A stretch of 64,000 bases of DNA from positions 10,380-74,379 of IMG/VR virus record IMGVR_UViG_3300045988_076131. One strand, given 5' to 3'. Within the stretch, counting starts at the first letter, position 1. Every line of letters begins with the position of its first letter. Shown here one piece after another: positions 37,101 through 44,771 of the stretch. The notes under the pieces were generated by a model. That model was not told the DNA's origin. It saw only the letters and a program-made list of their open reading frames with translations, and did no database searches. Both the position numbers and the translations under genes were made by a program. Source of the DNA: a virus.

Positions 37101-39872
37101 AATTTCTTCACTGGTGCTTATCTCGATATTGGCAACGCAGAGAGATGGGGAAAACAGTACGTTGATAGTCACACTGTATTTACTAAAGAACTTGCGTTAA
37201 AATATGCCGAAAAACAAAAGCAAGCTGCACTGTATTGGAATGGACTCCTTGGAGGCAAAGACCCGTTTGCAAAAAAGAGTAATTCCAAAGCTCAACGTGA
37301 CATTCTTCAGGAGCGCATATCACTCCTGAAAGACATGAACGCCAAGTACAACGAGCTTATCAAGATTGAAAGCAAAGAGCGAGCTTTAACAGACACACGC
37401 AAGTACTTCAAGGAGGCAGCACAAAATGTTGGATGGAACGCCAACGATATTCTCCCCGACGACAAATCTATTGCCAAGCGTATTCGAGAAATCGGCAATC
37501 AGTACAAGGATGTGGGTAAGCGTGGCAATGCACTCCGTATTGCAGCAGACATCGACTTGAACATATCTAAAACGGAGTACGACAAGCTTAAAGATGATAT
37601 TTCTCGCAATATCGAAGACGCGTTCTCGCAGTTGCAGCTATACAAAAAACTCAAAGATGAGGGATTGTCAGACACGCTCATCAAAAACATGTTCGGCGAT
37701 ATTACCACATCATTTGAGAGCGTCCGCGAAAGTATTGACGACGAGTTTAACAAGTATATCTTCAAAGATTACGAGAGCAAATACGGTGGCGACATCAACA
37801 AATGGAGTGAGAATATCGTCAATCAGTACAACAAGGATATTAGCAACACGGCGAATGTCCTCAAGGAGCGATTTGGCGACAGTGACATCTACAAGCAGTA
37901 TCTTGACCGAGTACAAAAGCTCGACAAGCAGGTTTATCAAGACCAAGTAGAGCAAACACAGGAGTTAATCAAGGCATACAAGCAGCAGCTTTCCGACAAG
38001 TTGCAATTGGATAAGTGGTACATTGAGGAAAAGCAGAAAATCCAAAACAATGCGAATATTGCCAAGAATCCTGAGTTACAAAAGCAGTTGCAGGAGAATT
38101 TGACTGCCCAATACAAGAAAAAGACTGGCGAGAACACTTGGAAGAATTTCCAAGGCTCTGATATGTATGTTAAGATTTTCGAGAACCTCGACCATACATC
38201 CACCAAGGTACTCGACTATATGATACAGAGGCTACAATCCTTGCGTGAAGAAATGAAGAACCTCGACCCTACACAAGTCAAGGCTATCACGGAGCAGATT
38301 AGCAAATTGCAGGAAACTCGAAATTCAAGAAATCCTTTCAAGGCTTTCACAAGTGGACTGAAGGAGTTGGTAAAGTACACTAAGGAATACAAGAAACTCG
38401 GTGGAGACAATGCTTTAATCTCCACAAGCGACAAGTACGACAAAGAAGAAAAGAATATAGAGAATCAAGGTAAGATTATCGCCAACTTGGATGCTGAATA
38501 CAACAAGTCTATGTTGCTTAACGGATTGGACGATGAGAAGACCATGACGTTGAAAACCAATCTTGATTTGTCGAAGAACCTACTCGACAATATGAAGAAG
38601 CAGCACAGTGAGACAAAAGGCACTCTTGATACACTTAACAATGTTCAAGGCGAGACCGACAATGCTAAGAATAAGTTTAGCAAGTCCGTAACAGATATTA
38701 CCTCTATTGTTTCATCTATGGCAACAGCATTCAATGGATTGTTTGATGTTTTGGGCGGTTCAGATGAACAACTCGAAAACACTCTTAGTGTCGTTGACAA
38801 TATCGGTCAAGCAATCGGTTCGTACTATAGCGGAAACTATGCAGGTGTCGTATCGGGCGCAATGGGCGCGCTTACAGGCGTAGCTAAACTCTTTAGCAAC
38901 GAAGGAAAGATTGATAAGGAAATTGCACGCCAAGAACGCGCTGTAAATTCCTTGCAACACGCTTACGAAAAGCTTAAAAAGAGTATGGACGATGCCTTTG
39001 ATACACAAAGGCTCTACGAATATAACAAAAAATCGGTCGATGCCCTTAAAAAGCAGCAGAAGGCGTACCAAGCAATGATTAATGCAGAGCGCGGTCGCAA
39101 GAAGCCCGATGAAGGTAAGATTCAAGAATGGGAACAACAGATTGATGATTTGAACACAACCATCCAAGAATTAGGCGAATCTATGACAGAAGCACTTGGC
39201 GGTTTTGGTTCTCAATCTAACTATAAATCTGCTGCTGAAGCTTTCTCGGAAGCGTGGGTAGATGCTTTCAATGAAGGTAGTGATGCACTCGAAGCACTCA
39301 ATAATAAGTTTGACGAGTATTTCAATACAATGCTCACCAAGCAGTTAATGAATAGAGCTACTTCAAAATACATTCAGCCTATCCTTGAAGCATTCGATAA
39401 AGCGGTATCTGAGGGCAGCGAAGGTGGAAACAATGGTCTTGACGTTACCAAGAAAGAACTCGAAGGTATCAAGGAACTGAAAGACAAGAACCTTGCATTA
39501 TTCAATGAGTATGCAAAGAACTTGATGGATGTTCTCAACGTCAAGCCTACTGGCAGTTCAAATATCTCTGCTTTGCAGCAAGGTATTCAGTCTGTAACTG
39601 AATCAACCGCACAGGCGTTGGAGAGTCTGCTTAATTCCATGAGGTATTATTTGGCAACCCAACAGGCTGATGTGCGGATAATCCGTGATACACTGATTGA
39701 ACGGCTCGGAGCGTCGGTCGGTGCAGTCTTGCAGGATGCGAACAATAACCCTGTATTGGTAGAGTTGCGCTTACAAACGACACTGCTCACTGATATTCGA
39801 GATACGTTATCAAGCTGTGTAAAGTCGGGCCACTCGCAGGGCAACAAGGGCATAAAGGTGTTTATGAACTAA
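34113..39872 (+). CDS. tape measure protein
   Basis: 1919 aa, highly helical, with hydrophobic central segments, at the canonical position. Confidence 0.85.
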   Translation: MGNSALGAALSIPKSALDAIKEADQKLKDIQSTAKNTAAGVTKSFKNMAVGTQPFLDALDKVIAKLNTINTSATSASSSLSNIGASAGSMSGNITQASQNIQQMVAQLSNMKGAGTSSIMQAVFAFRRLQEATKGASGMNIAELKKEIGAIDSILKDTNYNLTKADQDSLIKRKKTLQDELKYQQQMCEERVIAFQKALDKMSSAEASFNAKQRKAYSDRSKGYQEKNHKQNTSYKGALDFSAAANTLNRQARAIEYLKEARMKLSQTDADYKQKLETLNAAIARHTQNLKEAGVSSRNLAEQTSYMSGYISRWAQRMTFAFSINTVQGFVEQIAAVRGQFELSQRSLEAILQNKPKADEIFNKTVELAVKSPFRIKDLVDYTRQLSAYRIESDKLYDTTKRLADVSAGLGVDMGRLILAYGQVKAAAYLRGSEVRQFTEAGVNMYGELQSYFKEVKGEAYTTAQIVDMISKRKVTFEDVEAIFKRMTDKGGIFYNMQEIQAETLQGKISNLKDAFDVMLNDIGKSNEGFFKGSIQFATNLLNHWEAIANVAKALLSIVVAIKVNSMFMQSNLGKAFILNAAMVGRWRAFLNLIESMPTAFGKMKTAISAIGGSLKAALGGFAFYAILQTIMNYRNALQQFDGTIRKARESTIDALGKISELSAKYKDFSNVIYRTQNNVDDSKAIEEKRKALNKLIEQANRDGLEIKINVTELNETQLDKEFETLKKRYRDFVFELEAIKERAAQSDKSGWWWGVSGIKEGLDEYKTAAIDIISQTNKIEKAMALANIGYKDANIQTQKYFDTLRNGRIDGEADIDYLKRMHDAWKGLEDYYSRNSMVLPDWLVKGQGYMKGVSDGFDDLSSAIKQTEENFKDVFVGKGGIEEFKKRYQKDPIKLKVEIDQYAAENSLSDTQKRLLYEIAAKKYGIKFPVEVDDSDTEPAIKTIIEDLQEYADKNKIKISVEVKDPKNLNDTINDYQKSAKDWQETIDNIKRSPKNFFTGAYLDIGNAERWGKQYVDSHTVFTKELALKYAEKQKQAALYWNGLLGGKDPFAKKSNSKAQRDILQERISLLKDMNAKYNELIKIESKERALTDTRKYFKEAAQNVGWNANDILPDDKSIAKRIREIGNQYKDVGKRGNALRIAADIDLNISKTEYDKLKDDISRNIEDAFSQLQLYKKLKDEGLSDTLIKNMFGDITTSFESVRESIDDEFNKYIFKDYESKYGGDINKWSENIVNQYNKDISNTANVLKERFGDSDIYKQYLDRVQKLDKQVYQDQVEQTQELIKAYKQQLSDKLQLDKWYIEEKQKIQNNANIAKNPELQKQLQENLTAQYKKKTGENTWKNFQGSDMYVKIFENLDHTSTKVLDYMIQRLQSLREEMKNLDPTQVKAITEQISKLQETRNSRNPFKAFTSGLKELVKYTKEYKKLGGDNALISTSDKYDKEEKNIENQGKIIANLDAEYNKSMLLNGLDDEKTMTLKTNLDLSKNLLDNMKKQHSETKGTLDTLNNVQGETDNAKNKFSKSVTDITSIVSSMATAFNGLFDVLGGSDEQLENTLSVVDNIGQAIGSYYSGNYAGVVSGAMGALTGVAKLFSNEGKIDKEIARQERAVNSLQHAYEKLKKSMDDAFDTQRLYEYNKKSVDALKKQQKAYQAMINAERGRKKPDEGKIQEWEQQIDDLNTTIQELGESMTEALGGFGSQSNYKSAAEAFSEAWVDAFNEGSDALEALNNKFDEYFNTMLTKQLMNRATSKYIQPILEAFDKAVSEGSEGGNNGLDVTKKELEGIKELKDKNLALFNEYAKNLMDVLNVKPTGSSNISALQQGIQSVTESTAQALESLLNSMRYYLATQQADVRIIRDTLIERLGASVGAVLQDANNNPVLVELRLQTTLLTDIRDTLSSCVKSGHSQGNKGIKVFMN

Positions 39873-39967
39873 GATTACGGGAGGTTGAGTCATTTCCGAC
39901 CTCCTGTAATTGTGTTAAATTGGTGTTAAATACAAAGTGGCACAATGGTTAACTGGCTCAATTATAC

Positions 39968-39975
39968 TACTTTTG
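39968..39975 (+). promoter_or_regulatory. -7 box TACTTTTG upstream of the lipoprotein moron
   Basis: Matches TAnnTTTG, 27 nt before the ATG at 40002. Confidence 0.45.
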
Positions 39976-40001
39976 TATAATATTAACTATAAGCAATAAA
40001 T

Positions 40002-40598
40002 ATGAGAAATAGAATTATTACAGCGATTATGGTAACATTTGCCTTTTTTGCGCTATCATGCACACAGAAACAACAGAAAGTAACCACCCATAAACCGACA
40101 CCATCCACAAAGCAGGTTTTTCTAAACAAAACAAAGGATGCGCTTAAAAATTTTGTAAAAGACAAAGCAAACAATCCCGATGCTATGAAGATTAGCGGGA
40201 TGAAAGTGGCGTTTCTTTGTGATAGCGCTTGTGCTTTAAACTTTCGTTTCGTTGCAGAAAACAAACTCGGAGGGCATGTTAACGGAAAGGCTCAATTTAT
40301 ACTATTAGAATATCAAGACGAATACTATTGGTCGTGGCAAGACGACAAAGACGATTCACCTCACTGTATTGGAGACTGGCTGGGGAATTTTGGCGCATTT
40401 TTTGCGGCAACTTTGCATTTGGAATTTAAAGACACTGACGCTTTTGTAAAATCTAAATGCCCCAAAGATAGTAGTGACTGTGCAAGCATCACCATGGAAG
40501 ATGAGTATGTACAAGCATATTGTATAACAAAGAAGTTTGGCGAAAAGGCAGATATGACACCTTCTACTTCGTGTGATCATACAATTCCAGTACAATAG
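40002..40598 (+). CDS. lipoprotein, paralog of 61544..62095
   Basis: Signal peptide with lipobox FFALSC. NPDAMKISGMKVAFLCDSACALNFRFVAENKLGGHV aligns with NPEDFKVSNLKVVWATDSLCVINFRAIGENGFGGHV. Confidence 0.7.
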   Translation: MRNRIITAIMVTFAFFALSCTQKQQKVTTHKPTPSTKQVFLNKTKDALKNFVKDKANNPDAMKISGMKVAFLCDSACALNFRFVAENKLGGHVNGKAQFILLEYQDEYYWSWQDDKDDSPHCIGDWLGNFGAFFAATLHLEFKDTDAFVKSKCPKDSSDCASITMEDEYVQAYCITKKFGEKADMTPSTSCDHTIPVQ

Positions 40599-40972
40599 CC
40601 ATACCATTAGCCGCCACGCCTTTGTGCATGGTGGCTAATATTGTTCTTGTCTTATCGTTGGGGGGGTAATATTCCCCCAAATCTTATTTATATCACTATC
40701 AGTTCTCATAAAACTCAATTATATACGTTACACTATTATTCCCTCCTCCCTTATAGAGGGTGGCGCACATGCAAACGGCTTTGCTTTGCCCCCCTAATCT
40801 GTTTGGATATATTTTCCACTTGGTGTGTTGCTGTCATAATTCGTAGATTGTTAAAACGTGCGGTAAACCATAGGAGTTGGTTCTGTGTGCTATCTCTGTC
40901 GTAAGACAGTTGTATTTACCCCCCCCCTCACTACTGATACAGGCTTTTTGTAGCCTTGGATAATCAGAATGT

Positions 40973-41128
40973 TCATATCTCTTTCAATTCTAAAACAAAT
41001 GGACGTAAATCAAAACCTCCCAAGCCGTGAGCGTAAAATGCAGTCAGCGTGCCTGTTTTTGCTCTGGGGGGGGTATGAATAACTATTGACTTATACAAAG
41101 TCGGATAAAAAACTATTCTATTTTCCAT
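40973..41128 (-). CDS. mini-protein, array unit F2 (51 aa, intact; in-frame C8 tract read as Pro-Pro)
   Basis: MENRIVFYPTLYKSIVIHTPPRAKTGTLTAFYAHGLGGFDLRPFVLELKEI, with an ATGA overlap with unit G. Confidence 0.35.
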   Translation of the reverse strand: MENRIVFYPTLYKSIVIHTPPRAKTGTLTAFYAHGLGGFDLRPFVLELKEI

Positions 41129-41268
41129 AAAGCTCTAATATTGCCGGTCTGATATTATAGTTCGGATCTATGCCTTTATAGTCGTTTGCCTTTATCGGCT
41201 GGCATTTACCCCCCCCCATATATAGACCTTGGCTTAAAATGGTCAAGTATATACTTCCTCATACACCT

Positions 41269-41442
41269 CTAACAAATAATTGATTTGCCCCCCCGCATAA
41301 CAGAACTCGTTTTGAAATCGGGGCGGCACGAAAAAGCCATAAGATTGTGCCTTGTGCCGTATTTTCGTTCACCGCAAGCGTATTGCCCCCACACCTTTCT
41401 TCCAAGCTCAGTGCGGTACTGATTAAGTATTTTACTTCTCAT
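41269..41442 (-). CDS. mini-protein, array unit E (57 aa as assembled; contains G5 and G7 tracts)
   Basis: MRSKILNQYRTELGRKVWGQYACGERKYG...SSVMRGGKSIIC. One extra G gives ...RGGQINYLLEVYEEVYT. Confidence 0.3.
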   Translation of the reverse strand: MRSKILNQYRTELGRKVWGQYACGERKYGTRHNLMAFSCRPDFKTSSVMRGGKSIIC

Positions 41443-41562
41443 ACAGTTCTAAGATTTTCATCACACTTCTATCATAACTACCGGTTAAAAGGCAAATACC
41501 CCCCGAATATGGAGTAAAACCGATGTTGTTGATGTGCGGTGTTCCCCCATTCGGAATTTCCG

Positions 41563-41727
41563 TTAAGTTGACTGATTTTCTTCATACATTTCAAATAATA
41601 AATTATCTTTCGCCGCAGAGGTGAGAGAGGATGATTTTTGTCCTCTAAGTTCAATTCTCTGTTCGTGTGGTGAATTGTACCAATCATCAATAGAACGTCC
41701 TCTAACGGCAATCACATTACTTCTCAT
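41563..41727 (-). CDS. mini-protein, array unit C (54 aa, intact)
   Basis: MRSNVIAVRGRSIDDWYNSPHEQRIELRGQKSSSLTSAAKDNLLFEMYEENQST. Overlaps the start of unit D. Confidence 0.35.
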   Translation of the reverse strand: MRSNVIAVRGRSIDDWYNSPHEQRIELRGQKSSSLTSAAKDNLLFEMYEENQST

Positions 41728-41848
41728 ACGTTTCTAAAACACAATCGCATTGCGAGTTATTGCCTGCCCCATGTGCGCCAACACATAAAGCCGAGCCTTT
41801 GTGCGACTCAACAATATCTCCCTTGCGACTAATCTTTATCTTTCTCAT
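41717..41848 (-). CDS. mini-protein, array unit B (43 aa, intact)
   Basis: MRKIKISRKGDIVESHKGSALCVGAHGAGNNSQCDCVLETYEK. Its stop lies inside the start region of unit C. Confidence 0.35.
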   Translation of the reverse strand: MRKIKISRKGDIVESHKGSALCVGAHGAGNNSQCDCVLETYEK

Positions 41849-42066
41849 ACACTACAAACACATACCCCCCCCGATGTGCGGTCTGCAAGCATTGGTGTTT
41901 GACGGACTTATACCTTGCCTTGTTACAGCAACTCCGTGTAATCTATTTTTCATAAATCTCAACAATTCCTGTATGCTGCCTATGTCCTGGAACGTACCAC
42001 CAACCTATGTATCTTGCGTTTAACGCAGTGGATTTGGTGGTGGGGGGGGTGATACCACTCCCCATA

Positions 42067-43299
42067 TTAAACGCTCTTGTCGTTCTCATTATACAAGCCT
42101 TCAAGTCTTTGTTTTTCTAAACCAAAGCTAAACTCCGCCAATTCACGCTTTTCTTCACCTGTAAGCGCATTAAACTCGTCAGAGGTACAAATATACTCAA
42201 ACAACTCTTTAACGCTTACCTGTGGCTCTAAAAGATAGTCTTTGAGTTTTCTTTTATCTGTCCTTGCCATTAACTGCGCTACCGTTTCGTCTTTCAGGTA
42301 GTATTTCTCACCTGCCTCTTCTTGGAGAATATCCTTAATAACGATACCTCGGTCTTCCGGCTGCGGAATATCCACTTCAAGCGGAGGCCATGCAAACGGG
42401 TCGCTTTCATCATAAAACAAGCCTTCTCCTGCGACTGGCTTTGTCTTGATATTAGTCCAATAGATACGTCGTCTGTTCTGTGCCGATACAAGCGCAGAGT
42501 TAATATGAATACCACGCACACCGATAGCGTGAGAAAGACATCTTTCCCACTTTTCAAGCATCTTGACGTTTTCAAGAAAGAAATAAATATCGGGATTGTA
42601 CTTACGCAGCTCCGTAAGTATTCGCATATATTCCCAAAAGAGATAGGACTGACCTTCAAACTGAAAGCCTTGTGACTTTAATTCGAGATAGCGTTCGAGG
42701 GTGTAAATTTCCTCGCCACTCTTTGTACTCATGCCTTTCATCTTTCCGCTAAAAGAAAACGATTGGCACGGAGAACCTCCGATTAAGATGTCGGGCACCC
42801 CGTATTTTTCAACTATCTCGTCTATATTCAAATCCGTAACGCTACCCAACTGGATAGTATTCGGAAAGTTGTGCATCGTGTTCGCAATAGCGTGCTTATC
42901 AATCTCCGATGCAAGATAAGTCGTTATGTTAGCACCGATGCCGCGTAACGAAACTTGTCCCCCTGAAATTCCGTCAAACAAAGACAAGACCTTGAGGTTG
43001 TTCAACTTGATTTTAGGAATGAAACTGAAAATATGCTTGATAGTTTCAATGTTCCAGCCGTTGCCAAGCCCTTTGTACTGCTGCGTTTCGCTTGTAACAA
43101 ACTCGTAATCGTGCGGCATAGTCTGCAACTCGGCACACTCTTGCGGTGTCAGTCGTCTGATAGCTGCCACATATTTTACTCCATTTGCCTCAAACTCTAC
43201 GCCCTGCTTATTATCGGGCATGCGCTCCTGAAATTCCTTCAGTTGCTTTTCTTTTACCTTGCGGTAAACATCCCTTGCGATTACTTCTTTATTCTCCAT
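42067..43299 (-). CDS. DNA (cytosine-5) methyltransferase with circularly permuted motif order
   Basis: Motifs IX/X (RRLTPQECAELQTMPHDYEF ... GLGNGW) lie at the N-terminus. They precede I (LFDGISGG), IV (GGSPCQSFS), VI (LENV) and VIII (SAQNRRRIYW). Confidence 0.85.
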   Translation of the reverse strand: MENKEVIARDVYRKVKEKQLKEFQERMPDNKQGVEFEANGVKYVAAIRRLTPQECAELQTMPHDYEFVTSETQQYKGLGNGWNIETIKHIFSFIPKIKLNNLKVLSLFDGISGGQVSLRGIGANITTYLASEIDKHAIANTMHNFPNTIQLGSVTDLNIDEIVEKYGVPDILIGGSPCQSFSFSGKMKGMSTKSGEEIYTLERYLELKSQGFQFEGQSYLFWEYMRILTELRKYNPDIYFFLENVKMLEKWERCLSHAIGVRGIHINSALVSAQNRRRIYWTNIKTKPVAGEGLFYDESDPFAWPPLEVDIPQPEDRGIVIKDILQEEAGEKYYLKDETVAQLMARTDKRKLKDYLLEPQVSVKELFEYICTSDEFNALTGEEKRELAEFSFGLEKQRLEGLYNENDKSV

Positions 43300-43473
43300 G
43301 TATCTCCAAAATTAAATTATCTTGTGTAGAAGTACTTATTGTTCCGCATCTTTTGTCGGGTCGGCATGAGTACGAGCGCATGTTGGAGCGGTTGCACCAC
43401 TCGCTCCTCGTACCACTATCGTACATTTTTCGGTATGCTCAGCCCAACTCGTTGCGGTATTTGTTCAGTATGA

Positions 43474-43989
43474 CTATTTGCGCCATTGGCTCGCCTTTAT
43501 GTCCTTCCTTTTTACTTTAAGCGACTTAGCACACTTCGTAACAGCCCGTTCGTATTCCCCGTAAACGAACAACTCTATCGAACCACCATTACTACCGAAT
43601 ATCAGACTGTCACCATCTCCACAAACATAAACCCTTCCGAAAAAGTTGGGTGGAACAATGACACTCGCACGACCTCCGGCAATAACCGTAAGGGTACTCC
43701 TAAGCTCTATTTTGCCATGAGGTTCTACATAAAGCTCACTTGTGTACCCGTCTTTCTTGCGCTGATACTTGCCGTTGATGAAGTCCGCAAACTCATTCAG
43801 TAGAAACTCCTGCGAACACCCCCAACCGAAAGTTATTGCATCTGCAAGAAACTCAACGCCGTTGGAGTCTAACACCAAGTCCATAAGCTCTTTCTTTGAG
43901 GCGCAGCTATCCCACTTTTTCTTGTATTCTCCGCACAATCCCAACATAAGGGCATTGCGTTTCATGTTTAACAGCTCATTATTGCTCAT
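43474..43989 (-). CDS. hypothetical protein
   Basis: Internal ATG at 43989 (MSNNELLNMK...). Track ORF 43474..44025. Confidence 0.55.
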   Translation of the reverse strand: MSNNELLNMKRNALMLGLCGEYKKKWDSCASKKELMDLVLDSNGVEFLADAITFGWGCSQEFLLNEFADFINGKYQRKKDGYTSELYVEPHGKIELRSTLTVIAGGRASVIVPPNFFGRVYVCGDGDSLIFGSNGGSIELFVYGEYERAVTKCAKSLKVKRKDIKASQWRK

Positions 43990-44317
43990 TTCCGATTTTC
44001 TTTTTAACAACACTACGAATTTCAATATACAAAGGGTCGCTCATCGTGTACTGATGATATTTGCGGACGCACCGCATAACACTCTTCTCTGTCATGCAGG
44101 CACGCTGTGCAATCACTGGATATGTAAATCCGTAGTAGAAGTGCATTATATGAAAGCAGAAGTTGCGAGCAATACTTCTTGCGAGCGGTATGTTTTTCTT
44201 TCCAATATAAAGCTCCTCTGTGACGATAACACTACGCTTGTATTGGCGCATAACAGAACTCACTGCGTTACACACCATATCTTCAATTTTCTGCATCACA
44301 ACTTCTTTTCTTTCCAT
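43979..44317 (-). CDS. HTH protein resembling the DnaA C-terminal DNA-binding domain
   Basis: PLARSIARNFCFHIMHFYYGFTYPVIAQRACMTEKSVMRCVRKY follows the DnaA domain IV pattern loosely. Confidence 0.4.
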   Translation of the reverse strand: MERKEVVMQKIEDMVCNAVSSVMRQYKRSVIVTEELYIGKKNIPLARSIARNFCFHIMHFYYGFTYPVIAQRACMTEKSVMRCVRKYHQYTMSDPLYIEIRSVVKKKIGNEQ

Positions 44318-44328
44318 ATAATATTTTT

Positions 44329-44736
44329 TTACTTCTTTTTACCACAAAAACCAAAATCGCGCACACGGAAGCCCATACACGGCTCTGACCACGGCGTATA
44401 ACCAGGAAGCAACAACCCCTGCTCGACAAGCTTTTCGTGTGCTACTCTTGAAATGCACGGAGAGTAAGTCTTGACTCCCAATTTTGATGCTGTATTCACG
44501 TCGGGATATAAAGACTGGATAATCTTGTCACGTCTATCGTGCACCGTGATGCCGTTCTGCAAGAAAGGCAAGAAAATGCCTTCTCTTATTACTCCCTGTG
44601 CGTCCGCCATTTGTACTACTCGCCAATCTCGAAGTCGAGCGAAGTTATACACAAAGAAATGTCCGCGCCCCGTTAGGTTGAGTATCGGATTTAGCTTGTG
44701 CTCCGGCTGCTCGTTTTGAATGTTTTGTTCTTCCAT
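44329..44736 (-). CDS. hypothetical protein
   Basis: 135-codon ORF. Confidence 0.55.
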   Translation of the reverse strand: MEEQNIQNEQPEHKLNPILNLTGRGHFFVYNFARLRDWRVVQMADAQGVIREGIFLPFLQNGITVHDRRDKIIQSLYPDVNTASKLGVKTYSPCISRVAHEKLVEQGLLLPGYTPWSEPCMGFRVRDFGFCGKKK

Positions 44737-44771
44737 AGTCTATTCCATTTAGTCTATCCCATTTGTTTTTC

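Larger units (their letters stand above)
40635..41953 (-). other. tandem array of ten start/stop-coupled mini-ORFs (24-57 codons) carrying poly-G tracts
   Basis: Units: A 41852..41953, B 41717..41848, C 41563..41727, D 41478..41585, E 41269..41442, F 41206..41262, F2 40973..41128, G 40890..40976, G2 40751..40837, H 40635..40709. They share the junction motif TTAGAAnnGTATGAGAAGTAA. Confidence 0.6.

Noticed and set aside
40981-41080. Plus-strand mini-ORF MDVNQNLPSRERKMQSACLFLLWGGYE containing the G8 tract
   Set aside because: It is fully overlapped by minus-strand unit F2. F2 is intact, fits the array's start/stop coupling, and carries the family C-terminus.
40600-42060. Possible CRISPR array, because of a recurring short motif (CTTCTCATAC...TTCTAA)
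   Set aside because: Spacing between the copies is irregular (about 105-283 nt). The conserved core is only ~13-18 nt and contains a start codon. No cas genes are present. The units translate into related peptides.
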